Source: an uncultured Nitrospinota bacterium (GTDB lineage: Bacteria; Tectomicrobia; Entotheonellia; J063; CAVPRW01). From it: DNA of 64,000 nt. A program made the position numbers and the translations under genes. The stretch covers positions 256,001 to 320,000 of the forward strand of contig CAVPRW010000045.1 in assembly GCA_963707985.1 (NCBI GenBank). Direction: 5' to 3'. The notes under the pieces were generated by a model. That model was not told the origin of the DNA. It saw only the letters and a program-made list of their open reading frames with translations, and searched no databases. Positions 1 to 13,255 of the stretch are shown piece after piece; the stretch's first letter is position 1; each line of letters opens with the position of its first letter.

Positions 1-2
1 GC

Positions 3-239
3 GGGGATCGTATGCCACAGCTGGCGGATTTACGTGAATCTGGAGCCATCGAGCAGGACGCAGACCTGATCGTGTTCATCTACCGTGATGAGGTCTATAA
101 CAAGGAAACGAAGGATAAGGGCATCGCCAAAATCATCGTCGGGAAACAACGCAACGGTCCAACCGGCGAGGTAGACCTGACGTTCCTCAAGGAATATGCT
201 AGATTCGAGACGCTCGAAAAGCGTCGAGACCCGTTGTAG
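3..239 (+). CDS. dnaB: Replicative DNA helicase, C-terminal end (5' truncated by the window)
   Basis: [28 protein letters not shown]...[12 protein letters not shown] is the DnaB C-terminal signature. Confidence 0.95.
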   Translation, partial: GDRMPQLADLRESGAIEQDADLIVFIYRDEVYNKETKDKGIAKIIVGKQRNGPTGEVDLTFLKEYARFETLEKRRDPL

Positions 240-377
240 GTGTCGTCAGTCATCCCACCTGTCCTCCGCCCGGCGATGGGGCCGTCCATAGGTGAGGCTG
301 TGATCCTAATGTCAGTGCTCATCGCTTACCACCGTATATCTGCATGGTACAGGCTCTTGGACCCTCGAAGAGAGATG

Positions 378-406
378 TTGACAAACATAGTACACAGAGT
401 TGTAAC
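378..406 (+). promoter_or_regulatory. Putative sigma-70 promoter for the tgt-dop-glnE run
   Basis: TTGACA (378-383), 17-nt spacer, TGTAAC (401-406), about 45 nt upstream of the tgt ATG. Confidence 0.45.
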
Positions 407-443
407 AGGGCCGTGGAGAACGCCACAACACCCATTGATCTGA

Positions 444-3109
<2,666 letters not shown>

Positions 3110-3144
3110 CTAGTATGAGCCTTCTTGCGAGCAATTAGGACGCC

Positions 3145-6100
3145 ATGCCCATGCAGATCGACAGTCTAACCCCGCGCTCGATGAATCGCTTGTCGGAGAA
3201 CCTGGAGGCGGATCTGGCCGTCTGGATGCAACCACTATCGGCCCGCGATCTGGCTCAGGGCCTGTCCACACTGCGGACGATTGGCCAGATGCTGCCCGAT
3301 CAGGACCAACTAGCGCGATGGCTCCCCATCATCGCCAAGCAGGCTATCGCCAGCTTCGATCCCGAGCGCGCGCTGAACAATTGGGAACGTTTTTTCCGGG
3401 CTCTTTCTAGCATCGAAGACTTTCTCGATCTGCTCGCCACTTCTCCTCGGCTTCCCGCCACCCTTTCAACACTCTTCGGAGGCAGCCAGTACCTCACTGA
3501 TATGGTCTTGCAAGACCCTTCGATCGTGGACTGGCTTGAAGTCGAAGGACGGCTCTACACGACCCGCAGCAAGGAGGAGATGGCACTCGATCTCGCTGAT
3601 TGATTGGAGCATGGGATATCGCTCGATGACCGGTTTCGGATGCTTCGGCAGTTTCCGAAAGCGCGAGATGGTGCGCATTGGTCTGCGCGACCTCACCCGT
3701 CAGGCGGACTGGTCGAGATCACCGAGGATCTTTCTAATCTCGCCGACGTATGTCTAGCAGGCGCCTATGAGGTGGGTTTTCAGGAGCTCGTAGGGCGCTA
3801 CGGCAGGCCGATGGGTGTTGACGACAGTGGACGCCCCCAGCCAAGCGAATTCGCCATTCTAGGCTTAGGGAAGCTCGGCGGGCAGGAGCTGAATTTCAGC
3901 TCTGATATCGATTTGATGTTTCTTTACACCTGTGATGGTGAGACCTCTAGCGGCGATGGCCGCGAGGGACGAGACCACCCAACGCATCACGAATCACGAG
4001 TTTTACACGCGTCTGGCACGCCTCATCCTCAAGGCGATCCATGATATCACGGCCGATGGCAATGTATACCGCGTCGATTTACGGCTGCGTCCCGATGGTC
4101 GCGGTGGCCACTCGTCAATTCTCTGGCCCATTTAGAGGTCTACTACGAATCCTGGGGTAAGACCTGGGAGCGCCAGATGCTTCTCAAAGCACGAACAGCG
4201 GCCGGTAGCGAGAAGCTTGGCCGCGAGTTCCTACGTATCATGCGGCCATTCATCTTCCGCAAATATTTAGACGCCGCCGCATTGCAAGAGATCAAACAGA
4301 TCAAAGAGCAAATCGACCGGAGCCTGGAACAACAGCGCGGCCGTGGCATTAATATCAAGCTCGGCCGCGGTGGAATTCGTGAGAGTCGAGTTTGTGGCGC
4401 AATGCTTTCAGCTCGTGTTCAGCGGGCAGGATAGCTGGTTGCAGGAGCGCCATTCACTCCGAGCCTTGCATCGAATTTCAGAGCGAGGTTATCTGACGTA
4501 CGAGGAATACTCCAATCTCGCTAAGGCCTATATGTTTTTCCGCGAGCTCGAGCATCGGATTCAGATGGCCCATGGTCGCCAGACCCATGAACTACCCACC
4601 GATGTCGATGAACTGGCGACACTCGCGCGTAAGATGGGACTGCGGGGGCAGTGATGCTGAGGGACTCGCGACGGTGCTGATGCAGCAATACCGGGAGCAC
4701 ACGACCAGAGTGCGCCAAGTCTATGACAAACTCTTTTACGGCGACTTTTTCGATGCTGGTGAAGATGCCTCTCCGGAATGGTACATCCTGGCCGCTGGAG
4801 TCAAAGCTGGTCAGACGCTCCTTAAGCAGTTCCAGTTCAATGACCTGGAGAAAACGTATCGCAATCTGATGCTGCTCCACGACGGACCGCCTTCGGTACA
4901 TCCCACGGCCAAGAGCCAAGAGCTCTTCCGCCAACTTTGTGGTGTACTGCTGCGGGTGGCAAGCGAGCAACCCGATCCAGACCTAGCCATCAACAATCTT
5001 GAGCAATTCGTCGCTAGCACCCCCGCTCGTGAATCACTGTTTCGGTTGTGGCTGGATAATGAAGCATTGTTGCGAGTCGTCCTCTCTCTGTTTGGGAACA
5101 GTGTCTTTCTCTCTAAACGTTTGATCCAGCAACCCGACCTGCTCGACACCCTACTCGATCCAGCGTCCTTAACCAGGCCGAAGACTATGGCGGAGTTACA
5201 TCACGGCCTGGAGTCGATCCTGTCTCGAGCCTCACGGTATGATGAGCGTCTCGATGTGGTGCGGCGTTTCAAGCGTGCCGAGGAGTTTCGCATCGGCTTG
5301 CGAGAGATCGCCGGTGAAGCAGATATCCTGGCGACTATGCGTGATCTCTCGACCTTAGCAGATGTCTACCTGGAGGCGATGCTGCGCATCGTCTGGGCGG
5401 AGTGGGCCAGGCCATTTGGGCTGCCAGAAAGCCCTGAGGGGCGGGGATTCTTGATTATCGGGCTCGGCAAACTGGGTGGAATGGAGCTCGATTTTGCCTC
5501 GGACTTGGACCTGCTCTTTGTGAACGAGGATGCATCCGACGCAACCCTTGTCCCGCAGCAATTCGCTTACAACAAGATTGCCGAGAAACTCATGCAAGCC
5601 ATTGGCGGCATGAGTCGCTACGGCACAGTGTTTCGGGTTGATTTGGGTTTGCGGCCGGAGGGCAATAAAGGTCCACTGGTGCTCAGTGTCGCCAGTCTCC
5701 ACGAATATTACTTGCGTCGCGGCCAGTTGTGGGAACGCCAGGCACTGCTGCGTGCGAGGCCTGTCGCTGGCGACCTAGCGTTGGCCCAACGCGTGATGCA
5801 GGTCATTGACGCATTCGTCTACGAAGGACCCATCGAGCCTAACAGCGTCGACAAAATCTCCGCGATGCGACAGCGAATCGAGCATGAACGGGCAAAACAG
5901 GGCAGGGTAGGGTGGGACATCAAGTTGGGGTATGGGGGGCTGGTCGATATCGAGTTTATTGTCCAACTACATCAACTCCTCTGGGGTGCACGCAGGCCGA
6001 CGCTGCGGCTGACATCGACGTGGGATGTGCTTGAGGCCTTGGAACGCCAGGAGCTCTTACCCCCCCCGACAGCCCAGAGTTTGCGGGAGGCATACTGCTT

Positions 6101-6383
6101 CTTGCGGCGAGTCGAGAGTGCCCTACGCATCTTCGACGATCGGTCCACCAATACCATTCCAGACGATCCGGGAAACCGGCGACGTTTAGCCCGGCGCCTG
6201 GGGTATCAAGACACCGGTAGAGTTCGCGCCGAGGAAGCCATGCTGGCTGATCTGCAGGCCTGCACAGCACGCATCCGAACATTATATGAAGAGCGTCTGC
6301 AGGAGCTCCGCAATCAACCCTCAAGCGGAACCTTCCTTCACCCCTCCGTTTCCCCTACCGCGGACGAGGGAACATGGGGATGA
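3145..6383 (+). pseudogene. glnE: Bifunctional glutamine synthetase adenylyltransferase/adenylyl-removing enzyme, interrupted in this sequence by 1 in-frame stop and about 6 frameshifts between 3601 and 4650 (probably sequencing errors)
   Basis: Two nucleotidyltransferase repeats: GLGKLGGQELNFSSDIDL / RVDLRLRPDG / KLGRGGIRE and GLGKLGGMELDFASDLDL / RVDLGLRPEG / KLGYGGLVDIEF, spread over six ORF fragments. Confidence 0.9.
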
Positions 6384-6442
6384 AAGAATGACGGGAGCTG
6401 TTTCAGCCATGGTAGCGGTGCGGCTACTAATGGAGGAGATCT

Positions 6443-7231
6443 ATGGCTGAGTGGGCCTTGATTCTTGGGGCTTCGAGTGGGTTTGGTGAGGCTACTAGCT
6501 TAGCCTTGGCGAAGGGGGGATGGAATATTCTGGGAGTACATCTCGATCGCCGGGCAACGCTGCCAAACGTGCAGCGGATCATGCATGAGATTGAAGCCTT
6601 AGGCCGTCGCGTCGAGTTTTTCAACGTCAACGCCGCCGACGAAGAGAAGCGCAGGGAAGTCCTGGAGCGCGCTTCCCAAGTGTTGCAAGAGCAGGGTAAT
6701 AGTCAGATTCGTCTGCTCATGCACTCACTGGCCTTCGGCACGCTCAAGCCATTTCTAGCTGAGACGCCAGGGGACAGTATGACTAAAGCCCAGATGGACA
6801 TGACGCTCGACATTATGGCCCACAGCTTGGTGTACTGGGTACAAGGCCTAGTGTGGCGTAAGCTGATGGGGCGTGGCGGACGCATCTATGCCATGACGAG
6901 TGCCGGCAGCACACGGATCTTTCCAACGTATGGTGCGGTCTCAGCCGCCAAAGCTGCGCTCGAATCGCACATTCGGCAATTAGCCTATGAGTTGGCACCG
7001 CTGGGGATCACCATCAATGCCATCCGGGCTGGCGTGACCGACACCCCGGCTTTACGTAAGATTCCAGGGCATGAAAAGATGGTGGAAGTCGCTACCATGC
7101 GCAATCCAATGGGACGCTTGACGACGCCATCAGATGTGGCCGCAGCCATTGCGGTGTTGTCTCGGCAGGACACGCACTGGATCACGGGGACGGTGATCGG
7201 TGTGGACGGCGGTGAAGATATCGTCGCATAG
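6443..7231 (+). CDS. SDR oxidoreductase, enoyl-ACP reductase (FabL/FabI-like)
   Basis: LGASSGFG Rossmann motif, Y-x6-K (YGAVSAAK), TDTPAL, ITGTVIGVDGG; GGAGGAG RBS. Confidence 0.75.
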   Translation: MAEWALILGASSGFGEATSLALAKGGWNILGVHLDRRATLPNVQRIMHEIEALGRRVEFFNVNAADEEKRREVLERASQVLQEQGNSQIRLLMHSLAFGTLKPFLAETPGDSMTKAQMDMTLDIMAHSLVYWVQGLVWRKLMGRGGRIYAMTSAGSTRIFPTYGAVSAAKAALESHIRQLAYELAPLGITINAIRAGVTDTPALRKIPGHEKMVEVATMRNPMGRLTTPSDVAAAIAVLSRQDTHWITGTVIGVDGGEDIVA

Positions 7232-7297
7232 CTAATCCGCTCCTCCCCCCTTGGGTGGAGGAAATCCGACTTCGCTTTCCCTGTCATTCTTATAAGG

Positions 7298-7705
7298 GTG
7301 GAGCGCCAGGTGATGTGGTATGTGGCGGTTGTGATCGCTCTCATGGTGTTGGGAATCGTCCTCCGCTTTGCGGTGTTCTCCTCCACTCCCCGCGCCATCA
7401 CCTCACTCGCTGACGCCGAGCACCTGGTGGATTATCACATCGGTGCGGCCAACCGCCGCCTCCGCCGTGAAGCCTGGATGCTCACCTTCGTCGTCTCTCA
7501 TCTTGACCTGGAGAAACGCACAGTGTCGGTGCGTATCGGCATCAATTATGGCCAACGTGGATATCCGGACTATATTGGACGATTTCAGCAGATGTGGGCT
7601 AATGCACGCATCATGCTACAAGCGAAGGAAAAGATCACTGCGGCATTTGCGAAAGCGGGCTTTTCAGGCCGAAGTCGAGACCTTTACCTAGGTAGGACGC
7701 GGTAA
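7298..7705 (+). CDS. Hypothetical membrane-anchored protein
   Basis: 135-aa ORF with an N-terminal hydrophobic helix filling the gap between two genes; no recognised motif. Confidence 0.5.
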   Translation: MERQVMWYVAVVIALMVLGIVLRFAVFSSTPRAITSLADAEHLVDYHIGAANRRLRREAWMLTFVVSHLDLEKRTVSVRIGINYGQRGYPDYIGRFQQMWANARIMLQAKEKITAAFAKAGFSGRSRDLYLGRTR

Positions 7706-8386
7706 GGAGGGACCTCTGGCTGAGGGACAGAGGTCATTGACCGGACACACCGAGCACTTCGGTGCCCTAGCCGCACAAATCCGACGGCCATGCAGGATGA
7801 GCAAATGTCCGACGATGATCCAGTCCTCCTGCGGCACTAGTTGGAGAAGATCCTGTTCGATTTTATCGGGATCAGTGTGCTTCGTGAGTCCTAAGCGCCC
7901 GCTGAGTCGCCGCACATGCGTATCGACAACAATCCCTTCCGCCATCTCATAGGCATTGCCTAAAATAACGTTGGCGGTTTTGCGCCCTACTCCGGGAAGT
8001 TGCACCAGCGCAGCCATGTTCGATGGCACTTCCCCACCGTAGCATGCCACAAGCTCTGCACAACAACCTTGCAAGGCCCTAGCTTTATTGCGGTAGAAGC
8101 CGGTTGATTTAATATCCTCTTCGAGTTCTCCAGGTGGTGCCCCCGCATAGTCGCTGGCCGTTCGGTATTTTTTGAATAATGATTCGGTGACGCGGTTTAC
8201 CCGCTCATCAGTACATTGGGCGGAGAGCACAGTGGCAACGAGCAATTCCAAGGGATTGGCGTAATTTAGCGAGCAGCGGGCATCGGGGTGAGCCGCTTTC
8301 AGCCGACCGATGAGTTGTCGGGTGCGCTTCCGTTGCTGGGACAGTGTTTCCTGCCGTGTCAGGGCAGGCTGTGTGTGTCGAGCCAT
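7688..8386 (-). CDS. nth: Endonuclease III
   Basis: LLVATVLSAQCTD, LPGVGRKTANV (HhH), VVDTHVRRL, C-x6-C-x2-C-x5-C Fe-S motif. Confidence 0.96.
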   Translation of the reverse strand: MARHTQPALTRQETLSQQRKRTRQLIGRLKAAHPDARCSLNYANPLELLVATVLSAQCTDERVNRVTESLFKKYRTASDYAGAPPGELEEDIKSTGFYRNKARALQGCCAELVACYGGEVPSNMAALVQLPGVGRKTANVILGNAYEMAEGIVVDTHVRRLSGRLGLTKHTDPDKIEQDLLQLVPQEDWIIVGHLLILHGRRICAARAPKCSVCPVNDLCPSARGPSLPRPT

Positions 8387-8405
8387 GTCGCGAACCTTGC
8401 TCCTC

Positions 8406-8801
8406 TCATTCGGGAATGTGATAATAGTCGCGCAGTGCACGCAGGAGTGATGGTGCAGGGTCAACGATTGGACGCTTGGAACGGATCAATTCAATGGCCT
8501 CATCGAGAGACATGCCGCACTCATAAAGATAGGCGGCGCCGATCACACACGACCGACTGATACCCTCTGCACAGTGGATCAGGACACGTCGCCCCGAGCG
8601 CAACTGCTCATGGATGAACTGGGTACATTCACCGATCAACCCCAGCGGTTGGATATATACACCATCCGGGAAGTAGAGATAACGATAGACGCGGGTTGTG
8701 GGATAGTGGAACTCGCTTATATTCAGGATCGCGTCCACTGGTGGGTCAGCTTGCGCCTCCCGCACGTTGCCCAAAGCCAGCCTGGATAGGATGTAATCCA
8801 T
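8406..8801 (-). CDS. Small dual-specificity (PTP-family) protein phosphatase
   Basis: VLIHCAEGISRS (HC-x5-R) and AYL...RSKRP motifs; start chosen at MDYILSRLALG. Confidence 0.85.
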   Translation of the reverse strand: MDYILSRLALGNVREAQADPPVDAILNISEFHYPTTRVYRYLYFPDGVYIQPLGLIGECTQFIHEQLRSGRRVLIHCAEGISRSCVIGAAYLYECGMSLDEAIELIRSKRPIVDPAPSLLRALRDYYHIPE

Positions 8802-8898
8802 ACAGCCCCTCGCATAGGTTTGCACCGGGCAGTGACCAACCCATGCGGCCATCCACTCTGCAGATGTGGTGAGGTACACGCGCCCGGAACGCGCCCCT

Positions 8899-10639
8899 TC
8901 ATGGATGCTTACACACGATGTTCAAGATTGCCTGTCGCTTTTCCTGGCGTACCGCGTTCAGTCCCCGTCGCAAAGCGGGTAGGACCCTCGGCTGGGTCCT
9001 CGACTAACTCACCATACGCGTCGTGAACGTCAGCCATGCGCTCAAAGGACGGCGACGGCATCAATTCAGTCAAGGGCCAGGTGTTGGTCTTGGCCGCCCA
9101 GCCATGGGGATATACGCCTTTGGTCGCCCGTTTAACTGCGTTCCAGCATTGATTATTGAAGATCACGAATAATACTGGAAGCTGGTAGGCACGGGAGACA
9201 AAGTGTGCCGCCGTTGGGCAGCCAAACATGTATGCCCCCTCGCCCAAGGTGGCAATGACCGTCTTTTCGGGGGATGCCAGCTTCACACCCAGCGCAGCGC
9301 CGGTGCCCCAGCCTAAGCCAGCTGCCGGGGAAGCCGCATAATAGGAGCCCGGCCGCGTGAGCTGCACCTGCGTCAGGTTGAGATCATACTCGTTCACCAG
9401 AATCGTTGCGTCATCTTGCACTTGATCGATGCAGTGCGACACCCATTCGAACTCGATTGGTCGTTCGGACTGGACTTGGGTGAGGCGATCCCGTGCAGCT
9501 CGTTCCTGGCCCTCGTGGTGGATGATGATGTGTTTGAAGCGCTCGACGATGGTGCGCTCTGCATGCATCCGCGAGCGTGCCAACTCTTGGGTCAGCACCG
9601 GAATCGCTATTGACGAATCAGCCACAATCGGAATGTCACAGGGATAACCACGTATCGGATAACGGCTGAAGAAGGGGTCAATGCCCATATGGATGACAGT
9701 GGCGGTGTCCTGCGGTTTCACCGTGGCTGGGAACCAGGGAATATCGGCATCGATGACCAGGATGACATCGGCTTCCTGCACCAGCGGCTCGGAGACATAT
9801 CCCAAATGCAAGGGGTGATTGCTTGGGAAGTTCATATACATCCCGGCCGGGCTTACCACGGGGATCGCGAAGCTCTCCGCCAGCTCCAGTAGGTATTTGA
9901 CCGTGCTCGGATGCATACCAACGCGTTGGGTCACTATCAGGGGGGATTGGGCGCTGGCCAATGCTTGCGCCGCCTCTTTGATGGGCTCAAGGGCGGGATA
10001 GAGCGGCGACTCAGTGCTATGGCGACTGGGCGAGGTGTAGCTAAATTCCGTGTGTTCCTCGGCCAGGACTTCGCGCCGCAACGTCAGATATACCGGACCC
10101 CGCGGTTCCGCCATGGCGATTTCCAGCGCCCGGTCGACTACAGTCTCGACCTGGGCGAAGTTGTGGAGTTCGTAGTCCCACTTGACGAATTCCCTCACCA
10201 GGCTTCCTTGGTCGAAGGACTCCTGTGCCCAGTGGATATGGGCATTCCGTGCCCCTCTCAGCCCTGACTCGGTGATGGGGGTGCGACCGGCCGAGAAGAG
10301 GATTGGTATGTGTGCCCGTGCCGCATTCATAATCGCACCAGCCGCGTTGGCGGTTCCGACAATCACATGTACCATGACGGCTTGCGGTCGACCGGTAACT
10401 CGATAGAAGCCATCAGCCATGCTGACCGCCACATACTCGTGTGGCACGGTCATGGGCTTGGGGGTTTTGCCTCCCTGCGATGCCGACTTGGCGAAGGCCT
10501 CAACGAGCGGCGCGAAGTCGGTCCCCCCATTACCGAAAAAGTATTCGATGCCGCGGTCACGTAGCAGTTCCAGATAGGCTTCGGCTGTGCTGTCGATGGC
10601 GATCGTACGTGTGGATGGCTTTTTGTTGCGTGATGGCAT
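8899..10639 (-). CDS. Thiamine pyrophosphate-dependent enzyme (acetolactate synthase-like), with an apparent frameshift near the C-terminus
   Basis: FFGNGGTDF, VPHEYVAVSMA, VHVIVGTAN, GEGAY...FNNQCW TPP motif; family-like tail VLPALRRGLNAVRQEKRQAILNIVCKHP* lies in another frame after about 8986. Confidence 0.88.
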
Positions 10640-10786
10640 CAACGATCCCTCGCTCATCACAGACGATCAACGAAAAAACTCTAGAACATTCAATTAGAAC
10701 CGGGCTGAGTCGGCAGTAGAATACCATCCCTCTTCCAATTGTCAAGCGTGCCTCATTGTCGGCCCGCGTTGTGTGTACTGCCTCAT

Positions 10787-11140
10787 ATGGTAATCCGCGA
10801 AGCAGCCGAGGTAGACAGCATCTCATGGGATGCTGTCTACCTCGGCTGTATGAGAGGAGCCGTCTATGCCGCGATAAAGGCGGCGATCATTGCTTGTCTG
10901 CAGACGCTGGCTCGCCAGCATGCGCGCGATGCTATATGCTTCCACGGTGTATACCCCGGACCAACACAGACCCGACTGGTCTAGGAGATGCAACACCAAG
11001 AGTATGGCCGCCGAGTGCTGGGACGTCTGGAGCGGTATATATCGCCTAGGTGCCTGGCAAAATTGGAAAGTATCGCCGACGGCGTTGGCGTCATCACTGG
11101 GCAGGTAAGCAGTTTGAGCGCTGGGTTGACCATGGTGGAA
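10787..11140 (+). pseudogene. Decayed C-terminal remnant of an SDR dehydrogenase (BadH-like)
   Basis: ISWDA...AVYAAIKAAII...LARQHAR...VYPGPTQTRL then TAG (10982-10984) then ITGQVSSLSAGLTMV; no N-terminal Rossmann part. Confidence 0.65.
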
Positions 11141-11146
11141 TGTCGA

Positions 11147-11923
11147 CTAGCCTGCCGAGAGGCCGCCATCTACCGACCACGCCGCACCGTTCACGAACGA
11201 TGACTCGTCGGAGGCGAGGAAAAGGACGACCTTGGCCACTTCCGCAGGCTGCCCGAACCGGCCGACAGGATGACGCTCTTCATAGGACTCGATCAACGCC
11301 TGCTTGCGGTCATCGTCACCAAGGGAACGGTAGGTCAGGAGTTGGTCGGCCATCTGTGTCCCGATGATCCCAGGACAAATGCAGTTAACGCGAATGCCGT
11401 AGCGACCGAAATCGACGGCCATGCACTTGGTGAGCAATAGCACCGCTCCTTTCGATGCATGATAGGCAGCACTCATCGGGCTACCGCGCAGCGCTGCCAC
11501 CGATGCCGCATTGATGATCGATCCACTTTCCTGGCGCATCATCTGCTGGACCGCATACCGGGAGACGAGGTAAATGCCCTTCACATTCACGCTCATCGTC
11601 CGGTCCCAATCTTCTTCATTGATGTCGAGGATAGTCCCACCGCGCCAGATGCCGGCGTTGTTGAAGAGCACATCCAGTCGACCATAGCTGTCCACGGCCC
11701 TTTTCACCATAGCCTCAGCATGCGTACTGGAAGTGACATCGCCGCCTATAAACACCGCCTCACCACCCGCACGGTTGATGAGTTGCGCGGTCTCCTGTGC
11801 GGTATCGGCATTAACATCCTGCACCACCACCCTGGCGCCTTCCTGCGCCAACAGCATGACGGTAGCACGGCCGATCCCGACGCCGGAACCAGTGACCAAG
11901 GCAACCCTATTGGTCAGTCGCAT
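11147..11923 (-). CDS. SDR family NAD(P)-dependent oxidoreductase
   Basis: VALVTGSGVGIG, LFNNAGI, YHASK, NCICPG, VDGG. Confidence 0.92.
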   Translation of the reverse strand: MRLTNRVALVTGSGVGIGRATVMLLAQEGARVVVQDVNADTAQETAQLINRAGGEAVFIGGDVTSSTHAEAMVKRAVDSYGRLDVLFNNAGIWRGGTILDINEEDWDRTMSVNVKGIYLVSRYAVQQMMRQESGSIINAASVAALRGSPMSAAYHASKGAVLLLTKCMAVDFGRYGIRVNCICPGIIGTQMADQLLTYRSLGDDDRKQALIESYEERHPVGRFGQPAEVAKVVLFLASDESSFVNGAAWSVDGGLSAG

Positions 11924-12062
11924 GAGTGACTCCCATGGGGAATTCATAAAGGCAATTCATGTAAAAAAATTGGCAGCGTATGGTCGTCATCAGGCTCGTG
12001 TTCTTTGCCAGCAGATTTACAGCAAAAGTTCGTCATGGCCTTGCTGCCGGCTTGCCTGTTTC

Positions 12063-13253
12063 CTATGTCTGCTGACGTGTACTCAGATACGCGCGGGCTT
12101 GTGCTTCAGCTGCTTGATAAATTGATTTCAGGGGTACGCCACATTGACGCGCCGCTTGGCGGCAAGATTCGTACTCGGGGGAGATTTGTACCACCTGGTC
12201 ACGCCATTGGCCGACCTTCACCGCAATCGGGCCGAATGGCGTATCCACTGTCTGTGAAAAGCGCGCGAGCTTCTGGCGTCGGACTTCGTAGGTGCGCACG
12301 CCAAACGTCGAAGTATTCTGAAACAGCGTATCGACGACCGCATCCACTTTGCCAGTCTCACAGAGCACCGTGAGCTTCGTCGCTGGACGATTCTTCTTCA
12401 TGAAGATTGGCGTGTAGAAGACATCAAGAGCGCCCTGCGCAAATAGTTGTTCCTGGGCATATTCAAACCATTCGGGGTTCATGTCGTCGAGGTTGGCTTC
12501 CAGCACTGTGATGATATCGGCATCGCCTCGTATGCCATCCTCACCGATAAAAACACGCAAGAGATTCGGGGCATGTATGAGATCTTTAGTGCCAGCTCCG
12601 TAGCCAATTTCTCCAATCTGCAGATGTGGGAGTGGCCCGAAGCGCTCAGCGAGCGTGGCCAGTAAAGCCGCGCCGGTTGGGGTGGTCAGCTCGCCGTCCT
12701 GACCCTGGGCATAGGTTGGAGCTCCCTTCAGGAGCTCGGCTGTTGCCGGATCGGGAACGGGGAGCACGCCATGAGCAGCCCATACGAAACCGTTACCGAC
12801 ATTAACTGCAGAGGCGAGAACGCGCTCTACTCCAAGGAGGTCGAGCCCGATGACTGCCCCTGTGATGTCGATGATCGAATTGATGGCTCCCACCTCAAGG
12901 AAATGAACCTGGTCGATAGTCGTGTAATGGACAGTGGCTTCGGCCTCGGCCAGACGGGTGAATACCGCCAGGGCGCGATCCTGGATAGGCGACGCCAGAG
13001 TGCTCCTGCGCAAGATGGTCTCGATGTCGAGCAAACGGCGTTGTTGCGTCCCCTGATTACGCACGTATACATGGAATTTCGTGCCGGCGATGCCCTGTTT
13101 GGTGACCTTCTCGCTGGCGAGCTCGTACCCTGGAACATTCAGCCTTGCCAACTGCACTCGCAGCTCCTCAAAGCTCGCACCAGCATCGACCAACGCCCCA
13201 ACCGTCATGTCCCCGCTGATCCCGGAAAAGCAGTCAAAGTATGCGGTTCTCAT
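12063..13253 (-). CDS. larC: Nickel-pincer cofactor nickel-insertion protein LarC (divergent motifs)
   Basis: YFDCFSGISGDM, AHGVLPVP, ELTTPTGAA, GYGAG, PNLLR, LEANLDDM, MKKNRP, PEYESC. Confidence 0.9.
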   Translation of the reverse strand: MRTAYFDCFSGISGDMTVGALVDAGASFEELRVQLARLNVPGYELASEKVTKQGIAGTKFHVYVRNQGTQQRRLLDIETILRRSTLASPIQDRALAVFTRLAEAEATVHYTTIDQVHFLEVGAINSIIDITGAVIGLDLLGVERVLASAVNVGNGFVWAAHGVLPVPDPATAELLKGAPTYAQGQDGELTTPTGAALLATLAERFGPLPHLQIGEIGYGAGTKDLIHAPNLLRVFIGEDGIRGDADIITVLEANLDDMNPEWFEYAQEQLFAQGALDVFYTPIFMKKNRPATKLTVLCETGKVDAVVDTLFQNTSTFGVRTYEVRRQKLARFSQTVDTPFGPIAVKVGQWRDQVVQISPEYESCRQAARQCGVPLKSIYQAAEAQARAYLSTRQQT

Positions 13254-13255
13254 AG

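Noticed and set aside
3601..3603. In-frame TGA in glnE as selenocysteine
   Set aside because: It is not in a redox Cys motif, has no convincing downstream hairpin and is surrounded by frameshifts.
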